In this document: one piece after another, positions 25,347 through 43,000 of the stretch
Layout: each line of letters opens with the position of its first letter
Position numbering within the stretch: the stretch's first letter is position 1
Source of the DNA: Pelomyxa schiedti
Taxonomy: Eukaryota; Protista; Evosea
NCBI GenBank assembly: GCA_020536535.1
Contig: JAHLWZ010000844.1
Coordinates: forward strand, 1 to 64,000
DNA length: 64,000 nucleotides
Reading direction: 5' to 3'
The notes under the pieces: generated by a model
What the model saw: only the letters and a program-made list of their open reading frames with translations
What the model was told of the DNA's origin: nothing
The model's database searches: none
Translations under genes and position numbers: made by a program

Positions 25347-25500
25347 TTGTTTGATTGCCTTTCTGGAAAAAAAGTACCAAAAGATCATTTATTGGCTGTT
25401 CAGGCAGTGCTGCCTCGCTCTGACAATTTTGAAAGGAAATTTGTAGATTCGGAGTAACTTTGGTTATCGTAAAGGCTCTGTGTCTGCAGTGCACACAGCT

Positions 25501-29280
<3,780 letters not shown>

Positions 29281-29699
29281 CTTGACGGTGCTACCTCGTG
29301 GGCAAGGGAAATTAAAATGCAGTTCAGTAGATCACAAGATCTGAATTTGATGATTGAAACAATTCTGCGAAAGGAAATTTTCCAAAACAAGCTTGATACT
29401 GCTTGGCTGGGGCGACTTACGTTTACTGCGGGCTTGAATGTTGAACGAGAACAGACATACAACCAAAGTAAAACCCTGCATGTACTGATGATCAATTAGG
29501 AATACCGGCTGGGTTGATAACGTCGCACAGTGTGGCGAATTGGCTGATTGGCTCCTTCCAAATCGGAGATTTCTGGCCTGTTGCTTTTGTTGGGGTGTCA
29601 CATCACACACTGGGTGTGATGTGGCACAGGGTGCACCTGTTTGGCGGCTCAGACTCGCTGCTGCCCTGTGCACATGGTGCTATCTTGAAAGTGGGAACT

Positions 29700-31900
29700 G
29701 GATAGCCACGGTTCAAGATATCAGAAGAGCCAGAAGACTCGAGCTCCCCTTTCTTTGTGATGAATGAGGACAGCAGCCGGCGTGTCGGGAGAATGCCGCT
29801 TTTCTGAACCGATTTTGGCACAGGGAAGGACTTCGAGAGCAATGGCAAATGGCTGGTGTGCACAGAAAGCATCCTCGTTCTTCCCCCATTCCGAGCCCCG
29901 CACTCGTGCGAGAGTGTAGCGTCTGAGAGCTGGAGGTGTCCCAAATTGTGGCTGTGTGGTGCTGGAGATTTCTCACCACCGTCTTTTCCAGAAAACCAAA
30001 TAATTACGTCGCTCAGGTGATTCTTCTAGGCTCTAGTATGTCACAGTGGCATGTGATTTTTTGTTGATTTGGAAGCAAGCTTTTCCAGCAGAAGACTGGT
30101 TCCCACAAGGGAGACATTTGCCCTTCCATCTTCCCTTCTTCAGAACATGAAGAAGACGTGGTACTGTTCCCAGGGTATCCTCTGGACGCAACGTACCCTC
30201 TAGTGGGCAATGTGTTCACTGTAGCCCACCTGTGGACCACCACGAGCATCGTAATCATCAACAGAACCAGCTGTTACTTTGGGTTTTTGGCTTTTGAAAG
30301 GGAATCGCCCTCACCCTCACAACAAGCCTGCATCCTGCTCCTCCACTTTTTTTTTTTGGTGAAGTTCCTCTTGTTTATTAACTTAACTTAATTTAGACAC
30401 ATGGGTAAGATTTAAGTTTGTTTTATTTCGTTTTCGTTCATCTCACATCAACACAGGTCATTGAAGATAATGATGAGGAGAAGCGGGCACAGCGGTAGTT
30501 TCCATTTATCTTCTCCATTTTTCTTTTCTCACGTTTGAAAATCAGATGCTGTTTCATAAGTTAGTTGAGAGGCAGACAGGAACAGAGAACCTGGAGGCAG
30601 AAGCAGGTGCACACCCAGAAGAGTGTGTGCAGCTCGGCTCCATTCCACTGGTATTCCTCTTCTTTGAGTCCCCCAATAGACTCACCTCCAATCTCTAGGT
30701 CCTTTCCTGCCCAGGAGAATGGTGTGTGCAGCTCTGCTCCGCTTTCCTTCTCGAGTTCTCACACTCTAGGTAGTGTTGCAACTTGTCGGCGGCTGAGATG
30801 ACCCTGTCATCGCCACGGCAAATCCGTATCGTCACCCATCAGAAGAAAGAACCTGTTCCTCAAATCTATCTCTGCGTTGCTTATCATCCCTGCGATTGTA
30901 GCTGGAGGGACTTTCAACGAAAATCTTGTCATAAAGGCCCTCTCGGTTGCCACTGCTGCAGAGGTTCATCACCCGTTCTCGAGGTCGTATTGCCCAAGTC
31001 TTTAGCAAGTTGAGTTCCAGTTCAGTGGAGAGCCTATTTGGGGAGGCATTGGAAAGGCACAAGGGCTGGATGGACTTCTGCTTCAGATGTTGAGGTTTCG
31101 TGCCTTTCAAATCAAAGACCTTCCACTGGTGGGGAGGCCCTTGTGGATTTGGCCAATGAATTAACTCTCTCCCGGCCAGCAACAATCTCAAAACAAGTTA
31201 CGGAAACGATCCCAAAAAGAAACCCCAGTTACCAGGGAACATAAGATTCTGTCCATGCCGGTAGAATGCGGAGGAAAAAGGTACAATACAGAGCTTCACA
31301 TGAAGGAGCATACAATTCCTGTTGATGTGGAATCGTACCCACGGCTTGCCTTCTGGTTGCATCATCAGTATCTCCAACACCAACATAAGAGAGCTCATGA
31401 AAGAAATATGCAGCGAGGTTACTTCACAAATCCACAGAAGGGTGGCCACTGCTTTTACAAGTGAACTTGCACCGCTCGCTCCCTGCGAACCAAGGAAGCT
31501 TCCTCCTGCACTGCTTTCTCGTGACGAGACTAAAAGGCAACAGTTACTTAAACACCACAATTACCGGGAGCCTCAGTACACAGACGAACTGTAACACGGT
31601 GACCACCAAACCACTGTGACTACCCTCATCAAAGTTGCTCCTTTGCTCCACGTCATTCCCCTTTGTAAGGTGCCACTGTAACCAACAATGCAAGAACCCT
31701 GTTTTTTTGAATTGCTCGACCGGGTGTGTGGCGCAGGGGAAAAGGCACTCGCTACAGCCAGACGGTTCACAAGCTCCAAGTTGGGTTCAGGGAGTGTTTC
31801 CCAACTGAAAGCTAGTTATGGTCACTACTGCCGACTACGAAACAGAACTACAGCCATCATTTCGAACTACCAGAGTGTGGTTCCTCTGGGAGCAAAACTT
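29700..31900 (+). pseudogene. Probable decayed multi-exon gene
   Basis: Exon-like blocks flanked by T-rich GT..AG segments and protein-like fragments (EEDVVLFPGYPLDATYP..IINRTS; VIEDNDEEKRAQR), but repeated stops in every frame. Confidence 0.3.
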
Positions 31901-32012
31901 TCCGCGCCAAATTTTTTCTGTTTTAAGGGAAAATTTAGAAAAAAGGTAAAAATAACAAAAAAAAGAAGGGCAGCTGGGGAAGGCTACCGGCAAAGAGGTG
32001 GCAGACAACAGC

Positions 32013-32127
32013 GGTGCAGTTTGGAGCGGTGGTGCATTTTGGAGAGTGGGTGCAGTTCGGAGCGGTGTCAGTGGGTGCATGCAGTGTTTGGGTGCATTTG
32101 GAGCGCATTTGGAGCATTTGGTGCATC
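32013..32127. repeat. Short degenerate tandem repeat of GGTGCA(G/T)TTTGGAGC-like units
   Basis: Several imperfect copies visible. Confidence 0.6.
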
Positions 32128-32536
32128 ATATCATTTTGGGGATAGTATAGAGTGGGAGTGGGTGTATTGTATATTGCAAACCTGATATTCCAGGCGGGGG
32201 AAAATATTATTAATGCCTCGTGCTCAGCACCACACGATTTCTGAGTCTACCTTTAAGGAAAAGAAAACAAAAAATCGAGTGCTGTTGAGTTTGTTTATCC
32301 CACCCTTTTTACGAACCCTGGTGTTTCTTGTGACGGTTCGGTTATGAAACGGCTTCAACACCCAAATCACAAATGTTCCATCAAAACCCACAACCCGAAA
32401 GGAGTCGAGGACTCTAGGAATAAGAAAAAGGGGGAATTACAAAAAGCTAGCACATTTTGGAAGCTCCAAAACGGTTCCACCAACGGAAGAACAAACCGAA
32501 CTACCTTCCCAACTTAGTTGTTGGAATAAGTTTGTA

Positions 32537-34611
32537 TCAGTATCCCGTTACGCCCCAAGGGTCAAGTTCAACTACAAAGAGGTACTCCCCACCCATGGAC
32601 TGAAGCCATTCAATGGGAGACATTCGAGTTGCAAATCGCTCCCGTAGCTGGTTGTACAGGACTTGCATTTCCTTCAGCCAAACATCGGGGTCTGGTGGGG
32701 GTGGCACCAGTCTAGGGGGTGGCAGCGGTGCCAAAGCAGTAGAACTTGATTGTGTTGGTGTTGATGCCGCTGTGGAGGATGTGCAAGTGGAAGTGGTTGT
32801 GCTTGTGATTGTAATTGTAATTGGGCTTGTGCTTGCGCTGCTGGTGGCGGCGGCAGCGGTTGTAGTGGATGGTGATGATGGGAGTGTGTGGGTAGCTTTG
32901 GTGTGTTTTGCTATGATGCTTGGGGGTATCACGATGCACTTGTAGCGGAGCTCCGATCGCCCAAAGATGACCTCCCGGAGCAGAGTTTCAAACCCAAGGT
33001 GAAACTCGTGTGGAGGGATTATTGTTAGTACAAAGCAGGGAGCTTCGGGGTCGACTGGGAGTTCTATTGACTTGGATGGGGGTGTTGCGGTAGTTTTTGG
33101 AGGGATGTCGATGATGATTGTGTTCTTTTTTTGGGCTTTTCTTTGTTGGGGACAAGATTGCTGGAATGCCGCTGCAATGTCAAACATGTGTGCCTTGCAT
33201 TCAATTATTGCTGCAACTTTTGGTAACTCGTGCTGAGGTTGTCTGATTGGGGCCGGCCAAACAAGTAAGATAATGTCCGCTTCGCCATCACAGCCAACCC
33301 ACCTCACATTAGTCACTGTTGTGCACCTGTCTTCCTTGAGTCCCAGCTTTTTAAGTGCCAACAAAGCGGCAATGCGCTTACAACGTTGTTCAAGTGACTC
33401 CCCTCTCGTGTTGCAGGAGTGGCCCGCCATAGTATCTACTTGGTTCCATTGGTCGAGGTATGGCTTCAGTGCAGAATACGTTTTTTGCCAGGTAAGCCAT
33501 TGAGGATCCGTCTCTAAGACACGCTCATATTGCGAGAGTGAATGGCGCAGTCCCTCAATGATCTGTTCTTTCTTTGAAAGTATGCTTGCAATCTGTTGTT
33601 CAGGGGTCATATCGGGTTTTGGGGGATCTGAAGATGAAGATGCACTGGACGAATTACTTTTTTGGCGTTTCCCTTGCTTCGAAGTCATTCCCTAACAATT
33701 TACAACACAATTATTGGAGAAAGTAGTGAAAGTGAAATGCCAAGTGAAGGGCATCATATTCGGGAAAAAAAAAAAGAAAAAAAGAAGTGCAGCAAAGAAT
33801 ATAAGATACAAGAATATACCGCGATCATCTGAGCCTTTTTGGCCGAGTTTTCCGCCGTGAGTTCCTTCACGAAACTCTCTTCTTTAGCAAGGTTCTTCCT
33901 GGTCCTCTCCGCCTCCTCCCACAACTTTCCCCTCGGCAGCTTCTCAAAAGCCTCCGCAATGTCGGCGATATTGTCCCCCACACTCGCCCCTATCTCCGCG
34001 AGCGGCACCTCGAGAGCGGCGGCGTTGGCCCTCATGTGGTCGCGCACCCGCTTCCTGACCTCGCCGCGCTCGCCCTCGTCGCTGCCAAACACCCGCGCTG
34101 CGTGCACGAGGAACGCCACCCAGTCGTCGAACGTCTCGCCCGAGTACAGCCCGGTGGGGGGGTACTTCCCCAGGGTCTCCCTCACCCTGGCCCGCAGGCC
34201 CCCCTGCCTGTCTATCACCTGCTCCAGAATCACCTTGGCCATGTGCCCCAGCGGCTCCCCGATCAGCGGCACCGCCGCCGCCGCGGCTCCACCGGCCGCC
34301 ATCGAGGGCGCGCTCGCGGGGGCGGCGCAGGCCCCCGTGGTCTCTCCGGGGGAGGCCGCCGTCATGCGGAGGGAGGACGGGGGGCGGCCCTGCCTCCTGG
34401 TCGCGGTCGATGCGGAGGCCGGGCCCGGAGAGGACGAGGAGGAGTCGAAGAGGGCCTCGAGCTGGAGTTTCTGCTGCGGGTCGACGTGGATGGGCTCGGC
34501 GCTGGTCCAGTAGGCCCCGTAGCTCTGTGTTCGGCTCCTAAGGGCGGTGTGCTCGGTGGCCGCGAGGGGCGGGTGGCCGTGGAGGCCACAGGGGCTACAC
34601 ACTGCTCCCAT
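32537..34611 (-). CDS. Predicted N-acylated coiled-coil protein with a C-terminal PD-(D/E)xK nuclease-like domain (intron 33692-33819)
   Basis: MGAVCSPC start; a phase-0 GT-AG intron joins the two ORFs; RGESLEQ..GEADIILL..IIECKA..AFQQ. Confidence 0.65.
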
Positions 34612-34977
34612 TCAATCGGCTGGTGCGGCGAGGCGCCTTGAGTGACGAATCGTATTGGTTTGTGATTAATTAACTGGTTAGGCGAACCGCGAAGGAAAAA
34701 AAACAAATTGCAATTGAAGTCTGTGGATAAGGCCCGTCTCGAGGGAATGGATCAAGTTTCGCAGGAAGAAAAACTCCGTGCACTTCTAAAACACAAGGGT
34801 AGCAAAAAGGTAAGGAATTAGTCTAGCCGTTTGTTAGTTTCACATCAACTATAGTACAGATAGTGGCAGGATCAGTGGCAATGTATGTGTCCTGGTGTTT
34901 ATTGCTTTGAGGTGGTTAAAAGGGTTTTGCTTTTATTTTTGTACATTCATACAGGCAGGCTTGTACCAGTGATCCCT

Positions 34978-36478
34978 TCATGGGAATTGCACATTACTTG
35001 CAGATTCAGATGGCTGAAGGTTACTATAGGCAGCAGGTGACTTGGTTTCCATTGTGTGAACAGCATTTCTTTGTCCCAAAAGCAACATCATTATAATGAG
35101 TGGTATAAGTTCCAGAGTTGTGTAATATGTAAAATCTGAGACGCACATATGAGTATTAGAGTATTTTCTACTAGAGGGTTTTTGCTGGGGCACACCAAAC
35201 CACGAGACGGTTGTAGAAACGTCTCGATTATTTATAGGTGCAACATACAGCTACTGAATGGTTACTTGGCAAAAAAAAAGTTGAAAATAGGTTGAGTGCC
35301 ATACAATGATAAAGGATCGCACAAGAAAACAAATTGTGCACATTAACGATAGTATAACAACACGTTGAAGGACAGTGAGACCTCGTGTATGTATGTTGAA
35401 AGCTTGCATTTGCTTCTTCCGGAACAGCAGTGTACCATATACTAAGAAAGTAATTCCTAGAGCGACATAAATGAGTGCTGTTATCTACCTCAGATGAAAA
35501 AAGCCAGATAAGGGCAAGGAAAACGGTTTAATGAATTGGAGCTGACTCACAAGAGTTGTGGACCAAAATAAAGTCTCAATGACTTCGACTACACACACTT
35601 GAAAGTAGCAAACCAGGTTCCAGAGTAAGGCTCCAAAAAAATATGTATACATAGCTGCATTTAGAATCTGCAACGTTTTTTAATCAGTAAACACTTCTCG
35701 CTCGTACGCACTAAAAGGACAGGTGTGGACTTCCTGTGGGTTGTATGTGCATCAGATATTACTGGTTTCCCATGATACATCTCTGCCCTTTGTAAAAGCA
35801 TAAAAAAAGTGCCATAAATTAATATTATCTTTTCACAGGGGAGGGATGGTACCCACCAGCACATTAGTACTATGAAGTAACATGTAAAAAATAAGAAAGC
35901 GGGAAGGTGCTCAAGCAGTAGTAGCTCTGTAGTGCGGTCAGCTGAGCTGAAGGAATTTAACGGGTGATTTTCCATCCAAGGGAAAGTTACAAAATATACA
36001 ACCCGTCCTGTAGTTCACTTAGAAGGGGTGCTCAATGGAATGGTTACAGTACCAAAGCAGGCAAATATAAATGTAGCATGAAACCAGACCTTGTCACTGA
36101 GTTATTAACAAAACACAAACAACAACATAGATAACAATAAAATGCCACCCACAATACCTGCCATGATGGCCTTGCCGCATTGGAAGCTGACAAAACCCGC
36201 CGAATCAAAGAGACGGCAGAAACTGTAGATAGCAGGAAATAGAATCCGCCAAGTATGTAGTGCAGAACTGCACACAAGTCGGTGATCTGGCCATCATCAG
36301 GCGGGGGCGGGGGTATCGACTCCGAAAATGATGGGACGGGGCTGCGAGGCCCCCAAAACGAAGAAGACGAGCTTGAAAACGACGCGGAGGAGGACAATGC
36401 CGAGGAGACAGAGCCCGAGGACGAAGACAATGATGGGATCGAAAAGGGCAAAAACAACAACACGTCTATGGCCCTCAT
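34978..36478 (-). CDS. THH1/TOM1/TOM3-like 7TM membrane protein, multi-exon (3' end uncertain)
   Basis: WFH..F..RVVYF; LPAFLFFTCYFIVLMCWAEMYH; ILNAAMY; ICTICFLVRSF; YYTTLELIP. Confidence 0.7.
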
Positions 36479-36722
36479 GAAAACACACCAAAGTCTGGGA
36501 AGTGAGTTTGGGGCGTGGTTCTTGAAAAAAATGAAAAACCGAAACGAACAGCGGGGAGCACAGAACACCCATAATACTAACGGGAGGACACAAAGGTCGT
36601 TTTGCGGAAGGCGAAGCCAATCAGATCTGGGTGATGAAATTTTGGCCAACTGACAACAAATGATGATACCCAAAGAAAACGTATTAGCTTGTATCAGACA
36701 TTTTTTTTCTTGTTTTGTTAAA

Positions 36723-38091
36723 CTACAGGCTATTATTACACTGGTCAAATGAAACTACAGATTGGCTTGGTGAAATCAGAGGAAGGGAACCACTGTGGTT
36801 TCTTCTGCTGGAAGGTGATGTTGCTTTCACTATTGGTGGAAGTTCTGGAATATAGTTTGTTTGTGATGACTTGGTGTGTGCCAGTATGGCAGTGGAATCT
36901 GTTGCTGCTCGGCAGTATCTGCCTCTTCTGGCGGAAGTGTGATTAAAATTGGTACCAAAATTACAGTTATCTACATCAGTGCTTGGGGATGTGCTGGTCA
37001 GTAAAGGTGAGGCTGATCTGTTTGTGCCGTGGGTGACACCCATTGTGGTGTGTAGAGGATTGGAACTTTGAATGTGTGGGGATGTGGAAAGTGCGAGTAG
37101 GTGGTCTGTGGTTGTTGTAGTGAGAGTATTGTTGGAGCTTGACATTGTGGTGGTGATGCGCGGGAAGATGTTGTTTAATTTGTTGGGTGGGCCTTCTGAA
37201 GCTGTGTTCCTTGGAAGCACTGGAGAACATTGGCTCCTGCTCCTGTTGCGAGTGGCTCCAACAACTACGGGAGGTAGTGCACTTCCTCTGGAGGCAGAAG
37301 AAGAAGTCCCGTGAGCTGCGTTGAAGTGTCCACACTGACCCGTGGAATTAGTCACAGTTGCTGGTGAGTGTTTGTTGGATACCGAATCCAGCGCATTTCC
37401 TGAAGAAGCTGAAGCTGTAGTGCCGTTGATTCCTTCAGCTGAAAGAGGGCGTGAATTGGGCTTGCCGGTGGTTGCTTTTGAACTACATGTAGGGTCCAGT
37501 TTCATGGCGTACTCATTGTACTCGAGGGTATCCACCCATAAGTTGAAGTCCAGATATGAACTCAGGGTAGTCTTCTCGAGTGCTGCTAATTCAGCAAGAG
37601 GAATTCCTGAGATTCTAGAAAACCCTGATTGAAGAAATTCAGCGTCGATCTGGCGCAAGAAATCCTCCATCAGTATCCTAGGCCCAGGGTTGGAAAGAAA
37701 AGAATAGAAAATAAAAGGGGGTTTACTTGGCACTGATGAGAACCAGGGCTACTGTAACATCTCGAATGGTTTCCATAGTGAATTGCGACTTGCATCTATG
37801 ACCCAGCACACAGGCCACAACAAAAGAAGACTGAGGAACGCCGAGTTCCGAACTGAATCGTCGCAGTAATTGTGGGACAGGCACGGAGCACAGCACGGCG
37901 CCGGAGCACGAAAGGTCGATCTTCCGCCTTGCTGTGAATCGCTCAGCCTCCATGGCAATGAGCTGACTGGCAGAGGACGAGGCGCAATTGTGGGACTGGT
38001 CACTGTCGGCCTCCAGGGTTGGCGAAGGAGGTTTCACTTTAGACCGCCAGTCAATGAGAGAAAACAGGTAATTCGAAGCATAGAACTCCAT
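36723..38091 (-). CDS. PHO80/U-type cyclin with a long S/T/N-rich tail, one intron
   Basis: LVLISAK|ILMED..FSRISGIPLAELAALEKTTL..LDFNLWV..YNEY cyclin-box pattern. Confidence 0.7.
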
Positions 38092-38419
38092 GGGCTGCAG
38101 TTGTGTTGTTGTGGTTGGCTTTTTGTTTGTTTTTTGTTGTGGTGGCAAAGGGGTGTTTGGTTGTTGTCGGGCTTTTCTCAGGGAACCAAAGGAGCAACGA
38201 ATTTTGGAAAAAACACCGAAGCCTTTTTTTCGCACACGTTGCGGGGTGGATCATTTCACTGCCAAGAAAGACTAATTTCGGTTTTGTAACCCGATTGAAC
38301 AAGCACCATCCATACATAAATGGTATAGTGATCACTAATTTCTGTGTTCCCGTGCGCGGGGTTTGTGTTCACTCACAGGGATGTATGAGAAGGATTCGAG
38401 GGGCGAACTTGAGTGGATC

Positions 38420-39878
38420 CTACAACTGTTGGTGTGACAGTTCAACGAACCTCTCTTTGTACGCGGATAACCACTCAAGCTGACTTGGCGAAACGTAAAA
38501 CTGGAGGAGATCCTTAAGTTTCTCCCAGTTGGAATCGTCTGTTCCAGGGCGGAGAACGTGGCTGTCTATTTTCCCGGCAAGACCCGCTTTGGTGTCTATT
38601 GTGTTGATTAGTTCCTGACTTTTTTGTGTGTGTTTGTTTGGTATGTACTCACTATAGGTTTGTTGCCAAGCACCTCTATCCACGCGGTCTCGTCCAACAC
38701 TACGGTCGACCATGAGGCATTCATCTGGGCACTTGCCCCATGATGTCACTCGGGAACCAAAGAGTATTTGGTCATAATACCAACGAGGGGAGGTTGCCTT
38801 GTCGCCGACTTTCCACTTAGCCCCATATCGTTGCTGAGCTTGCTTTAGCTGATACTTCACTTCGGCTTCAGCCCAAGCAACTGGATTTTGGCTTCCGGGG
38901 TACATTGTTGCTGGCTGCATTATATCGTGCCAAACGGACGCAGTTGCCCCAATATAACATATAGGGAACATATTGGCAACTTTGCTATCACCCCGGCGAT
39001 AGGCATTAGCATAGAGAAGGTGGAGCGGCTTGGTAGACTTTTGATTATCAAAGTAAATTTCTGATAGTGGCCACATATCTTGGAAAGAGTGGGAACCGTC
39101 AGAAGAAGTAAAACGTATGGAAATTCTCACCAGCATCCGAAGTGAGGATGTATGGGTCGTCACCCAAAAAAGAAGGAAGACTCATCATGAATCCATACAA
39201 CCGGGCCACTTGAACGGCTGTAATCTCCCATTCCCCATCTTCACTGGGATCGGTGAACCCTTCATACACCAAAGCACCCGCTTTCCTGCACATGTCTAGT
39301 GCAAACTTCACATAAGGCGGGTCATTATCATGTGTGGCTACTTGTAGGACGGGAGTGTAACCTGCAGAAACCGAATTATTAAGTTGATTCTGGTACCAAA
39401 CAGGAGGTAGGAATTTCTATAATCTTAATAAAAAGAGATTTTAGTGTGGACTTCCATATGGACCTAAGTTGGACCACAGCAGAGAGGTTATGGGAGTGAA
39501 AAACAGGTAGAATGAATCCACCGTCGAGGAAAACATAGCGACCCTGGCCGAAGGGGAATCCCCATCCGCGCTCCTCGTCCCACAATTCCCGGTCGCTAGG
39601 TCACACTCCTGGTCCATTTGCAGTTCCGAATCTCCCATGCACTCCCGATAGACCGAGTCGCACGCGCTTTCTGCCGACACAGAACCCGCCTCGAACCCAC
39701 CATTATGGGCGCACTCGCACACTCGCACTCTACACAGGCACAGGCTGGACTTATCATGCGCCCTCGAGAAGGCCAAATCGCAATCCACCTCGCACCCCTC
39801 ACCATTTGCTCCAACCGTTCCCACAATGGCGGAGAGCAAGAGGCACAGCAACAGAACGGCCACGTCACGTTGCATCAT
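38420..39878 (-). CDS. Secretory-pathway DxD (GT-A-like) putative glycosyltransferase with a Cys-rich N-terminus
   Basis: Signal peptide; YLFFTPITSLLW; QVARLY; YILTSDA|DMWP; PICYIGA; WYYDQ; RVDR; IDSHVLRP. Confidence 0.6.
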
Positions 39879-40026
39879 CCGTAGATAGTTATCTCAATGA
39901 CCACTTCAGAGAAAACTTCGATTTGTGTGGACTCACTCGAGGCCTGATGTTTGAGGAGCGAGCCATAACAAAATTTTTTCTTTTTCCTTCTTATGAAACA
40001 AAACACAAATGTAGGTTAGTATTGAA

Positions 40027-43000
40027 TTAGAGGAGCTGCAACTGCACAAGCTGTTCAAGGCATTTTCCTAAGGCCAGGAAGGCTGTTTTTAAAGAATGAA
40101 TACATTACTCAGGGGGTGGAGTAACACACGAGGGCGTTTTGCTGGGTCCTGATGCCAACAGTCACTGATCAATTTGGCATATTCAGGTGGCGTTTCTGAT
40201 GGAATTTCTTCTCTTTTCCCAGACATGACAAATGTATCTACCAATTGTTAAAGATATTACATAAGCGACTCGATCTTACAGAAATCCTGCAGTCTTATAT
40301 ATGGGGGATATCCAGTAACGATTTGCCATAGCAAAACCCCATAACTAAACACATCTGTTTCAATTCCGTAGTCTTGTGTTCCAGATAAAATTTCTGTGTA
40401 TTGTGAGGCGAGAGGAATCACAGGGTTTTTTTAACCTGGGGCCATATCTGGTTAGGAAGGGGTGAAGTGAGACATTAGTGCAATGCTTAGTGTATATTGC
40501 TTATACATATTGGGGTGCCAATTAAGACCGTCATTCGCCGGAGTGCCGAAACAGTTATTTCTGGGGAGGCAGCAGTCATTCCTCTTGAACTGACAGCCCG
40601 TGAGGTGCCAAAATCGGAAACCTCACAATAATAAGCTTTTGATTGAAGAAGAGGAAGGGAAAATTACTTTGCAAGTTATGTCACAGTGCTTGTTGATTGA
40701 AACCATCAAAACTATTGATACATAAATAATTTACAGTGAAAAAAAGGGTCGACACTGTTGTCCGGCTACAGGAAGGAAAAAATTTATTTGGTTGAAGAGA
40801 GAAGTAATGGTTACCTTAAGGTCTCGGTGCACAATGTGATTTGCATGCTTGTATAATCGTAAGGGTATCGAATACAAAGGAAACACTCTTACCAAAAAAG
40901 ACATTGCTATTATGTGGGGGTTAAGTGAAAATAGAATGAAAAAACCACTTACCTAGGGCTATATCCTTGGCAATCTTCAATTTGATTACCCATGCCAGGT
41001 CCTGGTTTTTCTTGGTGGTGTGAGAAAAAACCCAAAGGAAGGAAAACTCTACAATCAAAACGGAAGACAAATTTCCAAGTGCCATATACTCCTTTTTCCC
41101 AATGTAAGAAAGAAAAGAAAGGAATACCTAGAAATAAGAGGTAACAAAGAAAGCACACCGTGATAATGCAAAGCTGAAAAAAGTTGGATATGGAAAAGTG
41201 GGGTGAGTTTTTCTTTAACGCAAAAGGAAAAACCTTTAAGGGAATTGTAACACTGTAATATCATTTGGAAGTGAGAAAATGATGAGCTTCGAGATTTTTT
41301 ACATACGCGCCAATGAAGTTGACAATGTGGGTATGCCTCAGTTGTGTGAGAACTTTGATTTCTCTGAGAATAAAAAATTTTGAATGAGAAAGAGAAAGAC
41401 AGGAAGAAACCTCTTAAATTCTGCAAATGATTCCTCAGTGGGATTTTGGTTTTTGAGAAGTTTTATTGCCACAGGTGTGTGACGCCAACTCCCCTTCCTT
41501 CAGAGTGTGTGAGAATTCGTTTCACTTTTACTTGATTTGCAGTGTATGAATATTGTGACAGGAGAGTGTGGAGTGGAAAGAGAATGAACCAGACTGCTGC
41601 AAAACTTCCTTGTCCAATACTCTCCTCAAAAATCAGATCAGTATAATCAATCTAAGGCTATCAGACAAAATTTTGAACATTGAGTGAGGGGTGACGTTGG
41701 TAATCCCTTCCCTCTCCTTCTGTTACAGCACACAACAATATTTTGATAGACACTATTCACACCTGAGTTGAGAGACACGTTGTTATTCTGAGCCCTATAG
41801 AGTTGCAGAATGTTGCTTCAGAATCACTCAATGTCTTTCTGTGACTCATAAATCCAGTTTTGTGATCTGAATTGTGTGAGAGTTGAGTCTGGGAATGTGG
41901 CAGTGCAGTTGGGAAAACGAGAAGGGAGAAGAGAACAGAAGAAAAGAACAACCGGCAGCAATCATTCCAAACTGTGCATCAATGGTTGTCGTGCAAAACA
42001 CAGTCAACCTCGCCTTGAACTCAACATCCTTTCCCTGTGTTGTGTGACATCTGACGTGAGAAGATTTATAGCAGGAGGCAATATGTGGATTGAAAGAAAA
42101 ACAAAAAAAAACCTTGGGGATTGCAACTTGGAGTGGATCGATTTTCAAAGTGTAACGGTCATCAGAGGGAATGATAAACGAAACCAAAATTCCACTCCCG
42201 TTGTTTCTGACAACAAACGTGTCTGTCACTTCCTTTTGGTACATAAGAAAAACAAACCAAAAACCAGGAAAAAACCTTGTCAGTATCACAGGGTTCAGAA
42301 CCTCCAAATGTCAGTTTGGGTGGTGTTACCTGTTCAACAGAAAGACGGTTTCAACTTATTCACGTGAAATACAGAAACATACAGTGAGATTTGGAGAAGG
42401 CAGAAGCAGTGGCAACGAAAACCGAGGTGGTGCAAGAACAGGTACCGGTTTTGGAGGTGACTTTGGCCTCAATAACTGGTCACCCTCATGCACGGGAGAA
42501 GCAGTGAGTGGCGTGATGATGGACCTCCTTTCAGACATGTACGCAAGGGCCTTCTTGTCCAATCCTGTTTGGGTGTAGCATGGGCACAGTTGTTTCTGTA
42601 ACACATATGAGTCATAGAGTTCCTAATTTCAAAAAATAAATACCGGCTTTTTTATATGTGTATCAGTGGCAATCCAACTCAGCGAGTTCCCAACTGTAAC
42701 ACCCTCTCTCTCGAGATCTACATCAAACCCTAGTGACATCCAGTCAAATTGAGGTAAGGGGTAGGTGGTGCGAAGGTATTTTACTTGCCTTTGAGACTTG
42801 GAGAAATCTTCTTGGTTGGAATTCGTGACTGTGTGCCACTGAGTGACCACACAGAAACATGAGGGAGGGTGCGATACGGTGTGACAAAGTCAATGTGGTG
42901 CCTAGAGTAACTGGCTCTAAATCTTCCACTTTGAAACAGAGAGGCAGTGGGACCAATCTTTTGGAAGACACTCCACACAAGTTCCAATGCCACAACTGTG

